Below, in pieces: positions 59,783 to 64,000 of a stretch of 64,000 nt of DNA. The first letter of the stretch is position 1. Each line of letters begins with the position of its first letter. The stretch spans positions 7,480-71,479 of the forward strand of contig CAYOYY010000008.1 of the NCBI GenBank assembly GCA_964408295.1, given 5' to 3'. The DNA is from an uncultured Desulfobacula sp. (GTDB lineage: Bacteria; Desulfobacterota; Desulfobacteria; Desulfobacterales; Desulfobacteraceae). The position numbers and the translations under genes are program-made. The notes under the pieces were generated by a model. It did no database searches and was not told where the DNA came from. It saw only the letters and a program-made list of their open reading frames with translations.

Positions 59783-60893
59783 TCTGTCAGAACTTGTGCC
59801 TGACTATATCAGGGAGTTTCAGGCATATATACCGTCCAGGCCGGATGCTGTCTTAAAGCAGATCTATAATGTTGACAGGCTGTACAGGTTAAACAACAAT
59901 GAAAACCCCCTCGGCCCTCCTGCTGCATCCAGAAAACTGCTTGAAAAGTTTGATCCAGGGTCAGTTGCGGTTTATCCCAGCGGAGATGCCTATTATTTAA
60001 GATGCAGGCTTGGTGAAAAATTCGGAATGCATCCTGACCAGTTTATTGTGGGAAACGGTGCAAATGAGGTCATAGCTTTTGTTATCAAGGCCTTTTGTGA
60101 GCAGGGAGATAATATTGTCACTGCTGACAAGACCTTTGCCGTGTATGAATGGATAGCCACTTTTTCAGGATTCAATGCAAAACTGGTTCCCTTAAGAGAT
60201 TTCTGTTTTGATGATGCTGCAATTTTAAAGGCAGTGGATGAAAAGACAAAAATCATTTTCATCTGCAACCCCAACAATCCCACAGGCACATACTGGAACA
60301 AGTCACGGCTTGTCAGTTTCCTGAAAGCAGTGAACGGCAGGCAGATTGTTGTTGTTGATGAAGCATATTTTGAATTTGTGGAAAAGGATGATTTTCCGGA
60401 CGGCATGAAGCTTGTGCAGGATTATCCCAACCTTGTGGTATTCAGGACTTTTTCAAAAATGTTCGGCCTTGCAGGACTGCGTATAGGATATCTTGCCGGA
60501 AGCATGGAGGTTGTGGACATAATCAGAAGAACCTGTGTGGTATATTCGGTAAATACTCTTGCCCAGGAAGCAGCCCTTGCTGCCCTTGATGATGATGAAC
60601 ATATCCTGAAAACAAGGGAACATGTGGAAAATGAGAAAAAATTTCTTGCCAGGGAACTTAAAAGGCTGAAGCTTTTTTTTATTGCAGAGCAGGGCTGCTA
60701 TGTCATGGTGAAACTTCCAATGAGCGATACACTTGCATACAGAAAAATGCTGGCCTGCGGTGTCATGATAAGAAGCATGACAGGGTTCAGATATCCCAAC
60801 TGGATAAGGGTCAGTATGGGAGAGCATGAGGCAATGGAACTTTTTATTGAATCCCTTGAAAACATAATCTGCAATAAGGAGCCTGTTCAGTGA
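59772..60893 (+). CDS. PLP-dependent aminotransferase, HisC (histidinol-phosphate transaminase) family
   Basis: LNNNENPLGP, GNGANE, CNPNNPTG, VDEAY and RTFSKMFGLAGLRIGY. GGAGG precedes ATG 59772. Confidence 0.88.
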   Translation: MSIDLSELVPDYIREFQAYIPSRPDAVLKQIYNVDRLYRLNNNENPLGPPAASRKLLEKFDPGSVAVYPSGDAYYLRCRLGEKFGMHPDQFIVGNGANEVIAFVIKAFCEQGDNIVTADKTFAVYEWIATFSGFNAKLVPLRDFCFDDAAILKAVDEKTKIIFICNPNNPTGTYWNKSRLVSFLKAVNGRQIVVVDEAYFEFVEKDDFPDGMKLVQDYPNLVVFRTFSKMFGLAGLRIGYLAGSMEVVDIIRRTCVVYSVNTLAQEAALAALDDDEHILKTREHVENEKKFLARELKRLKLFFIAEQGCYVMVKLPMSDTLAYRKMLACGVMIRSMTGFRYPNWIRVSMGEHEAMELFIESLENIICNKEPVQ

Positions 60894-63193
60894 AAAATAC
60901 ACCAGGTGAAATAGGCAAAAGCATTCCAAGGATAGATGCCTGTGAAAAAGTCATGGGAAAAACATCCTATGCAGTTGATTTTTATAAAGATGAAATGCTG
61001 TGGGTCGGAGTCAGGAGGGGTAATGTCCCCTGTGGAAGGCTTATATCCGTTAAAACTGAAAAAGCGCTTGAGATCAGGGGTGTCAGGAAAATACTGGTTG
61101 CAGGCGATGTTGGCGGAACCAACAGGCAGGGAGTGGTGCGCAGTGACCAGGAAGTGCTTGCAGAAAATTTTATAACCCACAGAGGATGCGCTGTCGCACT
61201 TGTTGTTGCAGAAGACAGATATTGTCTTGAAAAGGCACTAAGGGCAATTGAACTTGAAATTGAGGAACTTCCTGGTGTGCTGAGTATTGAAGATGCCGTT
61301 AAAACTGATACCAGAGTTTTACACCCTGAACATGAAGGCGGAAATATCCTGCTGAAAGGCACACTCACAAAAGGAGATATTGATAAAGGCTTTTCAGATT
61401 CAGATGCAGTGGCTGAAGCTGAGTTTGAACTGCCGATGCAGGAACATGCATATCTTGAAACTGAAACAGGCTGGGCTGTATTTACACAACAGGGTATTCT
61501 TGAAATAACAGTGTCAACCCAGACACCATTCCGTGACAGGGCTGAAGTTGCACAGGCTCTGGGACTTGATCCTGACAGGGTCAGGATCATTGCCCCTTTC
61601 TGCGGAGGTGCATTTGGCGGAAAGGACGGAATTACGGTTCAGACCTTTCTTGGCCTTGCTGCTTTGAATTTTCCCGGGATACCTGTGAAAATATGGCTTG
61701 AAAGGGAAGAAAGCTTTGTTGCAGGAGTAAAAAGACATCCTGCAAAAATTCATTATAAGGCTGGTGCTGGATCAGATGGAACCCTGAAAGCCCTTTATGC
61801 TGACATAAGATATGACACAGGGCCCCATGATCATCTTGGAGGAGTTGTAATGGCGCTGGGGCTTGAGCATGCAGGAGGGCCTTATAAAATTTTGAATACA
61901 GAGCTGAAAGGTCTTGCTGCATACACAAATAACCCCATGGGAGGTGCTTTCAGAGGGTTTGGAGTTCCCCAGGTTGCTGCGGGCATTGAACAGGTAATGG
62001 ATATGCTGGCAGAAAAACTTGATCTGTCCCCTGTTGAAATCAGGAAAAGAAATATTTTAAGACGTGGGGATAAAAATGCAGTAAATGTCAATATGCTCAC
62101 TTCCATAGGCATTGATGACTGCCTCGAACTGATTGAAAAACATGATTTGTGGCAGAACAGGGACAGGTGGAAAAAAAAAGCCCCTGCCAACAGAAAAAGA
62201 GGGCTTGGGATAGCCTGCGCCATTCATGGAACAGGTTACGGTCCCAAAGTGCCTGATGTTGCAAATGCAAAAATTGAGCTTGCAGGAAACGGTGTTTTCA
62301 GAATTTATTGCGCAGTTGTGGACATGGGCCAGGGAAATGTTTCAACCTATCTGCATATAGCCTCCAGCATCCTGAACCAGCCTTTTTCCTTTCTTGAACC
62401 TGTCATGCCGGATACAGACAGGACCCTGCCTTCAGGATCTTCTTCAGCAAGCAGGACAACGTTTACCTTTGGCAATGCTTTAATAAAGGCAGCAGATATT
62501 TTAAAAAGAAAGATACTTGAAAAATGCGCAGACCTTATGATGGATGAAAACACTGACAATTTTGACCTGATACCCGGCAGGGTGATTCACCTTCCTTCTG
62601 GCAGGGAATTTGGCCTTGACCAGGTGGCAGGCTTTTTAAGCGAATCTGAAAGATGCGTGACCTCACGGTACCGTGTTCCGATAAGCATGCAGGATCCTGC
62701 AGAAGATGAGAATCTGAGACTGCACGGAATTCCCCATTACATATTTTCGTTTGGAGCCCATCTTGCCGGTGTGGAAGTTGATATGCTGACAGGTGCGGTA
62801 ACAGTGAAAAAATATATTGTTGCAAGTGACTGCGGAAGGCTGATCAATCCCCAGCTCTTTGAACAGCAGGTTCACGGAGGAGTGGCCCAGGGCATAGGTT
62901 ATGGACTGTATGAAGACATGATTGTGGATAAGGGAAGAATATTAACTGAAGATTTTTCAACCTATATTCTGCCCACATCACTTGATATTCCTGATATGGA
63001 ATCCCTGACAGTGCACAGGGATGAGAAACACGGGCCTTTCGGTCTGAAAGGAGCAGGCGAGGTGGCCATAGATGCGCCGCTTCCCGCCATTGCAAATGCC
63101 TTGTATGATGCCTGCGGTATCAGAATAACCAGGTTTCCGATAACGCCTGAAAAAGTTCTGGATCAATTGTCAGAGAACAGGAGCATGAGTTGA
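60890..63193 (+). CDS. xanthine dehydrogenase family molybdopterin-binding (large) subunit
   Basis: QEHAYLE, GGAFGGK, GAFRGFG, DMGQG, SSASRTT, QVHGGVAQGIG and GLKGAGE. Confidence 0.93.
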   Translation: MKNTPGEIGKSIPRIDACEKVMGKTSYAVDFYKDEMLWVGVRRGNVPCGRLISVKTEKALEIRGVRKILVAGDVGGTNRQGVVRSDQEVLAENFITHRGCAVALVVAEDRYCLEKALRAIELEIEELPGVLSIEDAVKTDTRVLHPEHEGGNILLKGTLTKGDIDKGFSDSDAVAEAEFELPMQEHAYLETETGWAVFTQQGILEITVSTQTPFRDRAEVAQALGLDPDRVRIIAPFCGGAFGGKDGITVQTFLGLAALNFPGIPVKIWLEREESFVAGVKRHPAKIHYKAGAGSDGTLKALYADIRYDTGPHDHLGGVVMALGLEHAGGPYKILNTELKGLAAYTNNPMGGAFRGFGVPQVAAGIEQVMDMLAEKLDLSPVEIRKRNILRRGDKNAVNVNMLTSIGIDDCLELIEKHDLWQNRDRWKKKAPANRKRGLGIACAIHGTGYGPKVPDVANAKIELAGNGVFRIYCAVVDMGQGNVSTYLHIASSILNQPFSFLEPVMPDTDRTLPSGSSSASRTTFTFGNALIKAADILKRKILEKCADLMMDENTDNFDLIPGRVIHLPSGREFGLDQVAGFLSESERCVTSRYRVPISMQDPAEDENLRLHGIPHYIFSFGAHLAGVEVDMLTGAVTVKKYIVASDCGRLINPQLFEQQVHGGVAQGIGYGLYEDMIVDKGRILTEDFSTYILPTSLDIPDMESLTVHRDEKHGPFGLKGAGEVAIDAPLPAIANALYDACGIRITRFPITPEKVLDQLSENRSMS

Positions 63194-64000
63194 AAATAAA
63201 TTTTATTTTAAACGGTATTGATGTCAGTTATGATATTCCGCCTGATTTGAGGGTGATTGACCTTTTAAGGGAACATTTGAACCTGACCGGCACAAAAGAA
63301 TCCTGCGGATCCGGCGAATGCGGTTCCTGCACGATCCTGGTGGACGGACAAAGCAGGCTGTCATGCCTTATGCTTGCCATCCAGCTTGAAGGCAGGGATG
63401 TCATCACAATAGAAGGGATCGGAAAAAAGGAAAACCTTCATCCTGTCCAGGAAAAATTTATCAGTGAAGGCGCTGTCCAGTGCGGTTTCTGCACTCCGGG
63501 GATGGTCATGTCGGCAATCGACCTTTTAAAACGCAACAGATCGCCTGACCGCAATGCAATAAGGGAGGGAATAAGCGGCAATATATGCAGGTGCACAGGT
63601 TATCAGAAAATAGTTGATGCGCTTGAAGCTGTTGTCAGAGAAGACAAGGTTCAGGAGAACTGTCTGTCAGGTGATTTTCCAGTTCCTGAATTAATGGGAA
63701 AAAACAGGCTGAAAAGACAGGCTGAAGTCTTTTTGCCTGAAACAACAAGTGAATTATGGGATATTGTAAAAAAATATCCTGATGCAGTGCTGTATTCAGG
63801 TGGCACTGATGTACTGACAAAAAGAAGAAAAAATTTGATTGCAAGGGAAAAAAATCTTGTCTGTATTGAAAATATAAAAGAGCTGAAAAAAATAGAAGAC
63901 CTTGGAGATGAAATTTTCATAGGCTCATGCGCAGCTCATGTGTCGCTGCTTGAAAATGATGCTGTAAAAGGAAATTTTCCTGTTCTGATTCAGGCCCTGA
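63190..64000 (+). CDS. fused [2Fe-2S] + FAD-binding subunit of the molybdoenzyme; 3'-truncated by the window
   Basis: Read by hand from TTG 63190, which overlaps the upstream stop: TGTKESCGSGECGSC, QCGFCTPG, GNICRCTGY, then in frame FLPETTSEL..YSGGTDV, with no stop before 64000. Confidence 0.88.
   Translation, partial: MKINFILNGIDVSYDIPPDLRVIDLLREHLNLTGTKESCGSGECGSCTILVDGQSRLSCLMLAIQLEGRDVITIEGIGKKENLHPVQEKFISEGAVQCGFCTPGMVMSAIDLLKRNRSPDRNAIREGISGNICRCTGYQKIVDALEAVVREDKVQENCLSGDFPVPELMGKNRLKRQAEVFLPETTSELWDIVKKYPDAVLYSGGTDVLTKRRKNLIAREKNLVCIENIKELKKIEDLGDEIFIGSCAAHVSLLENDAVKGNFPVLIQAL

Overview
This 64-kb window is densely coding bacterial chromosome. From gene content and protein families it is most likely a sulfate-reducing deltaproteobacterium of the Desulfobacteraceae; this is an inference and no database search was run. 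I found no rRNA, tRNA, CRISPR array, IS element or prophage. Main blocks in order: (1) a tetraheme cytochrome c next to a heme-binding chemoreceptor; (2) envelope genes (murJ, a Tat-lipoprotein M48 protease, UbiD, DUF748); (3) a minus-strand acetate/propionate locus: acs, prpE, a sodium:solute symporter, an unannotated 28-aa membrane peptide, a TM-PAS-DEDDh exonuclease, LemA, a cNMP-CBS-DUF294 nucleotidyltransferase, and a receiver-kinase hybrid lacking its phospho-His; (4) a sigma54 module (TSUP transporter, TIGR02186 protein, PEP-synthase-like dikinase, stand-alone receiver, USPs) flanked by a sensor kinase and an NtrC-type activator; (5) motA-motB-pilZ-dinB-acyP; (6) a peptide-type ABC system with a cold-shock gene between its ATPases and no adjacent permeases; (7) a CDP-inositol pathway (ino1, IPCT/DIPPS fusion, HD protein) preceded by a putative 35-aa leader ORF; (8) housekeeping genes (surA-like pair, recO, GHMP kinase, glyQS, ligA); (9) an aminotransferase plus xanthine-dehydrogenase-family molybdoenzyme cluster that runs off the right end.
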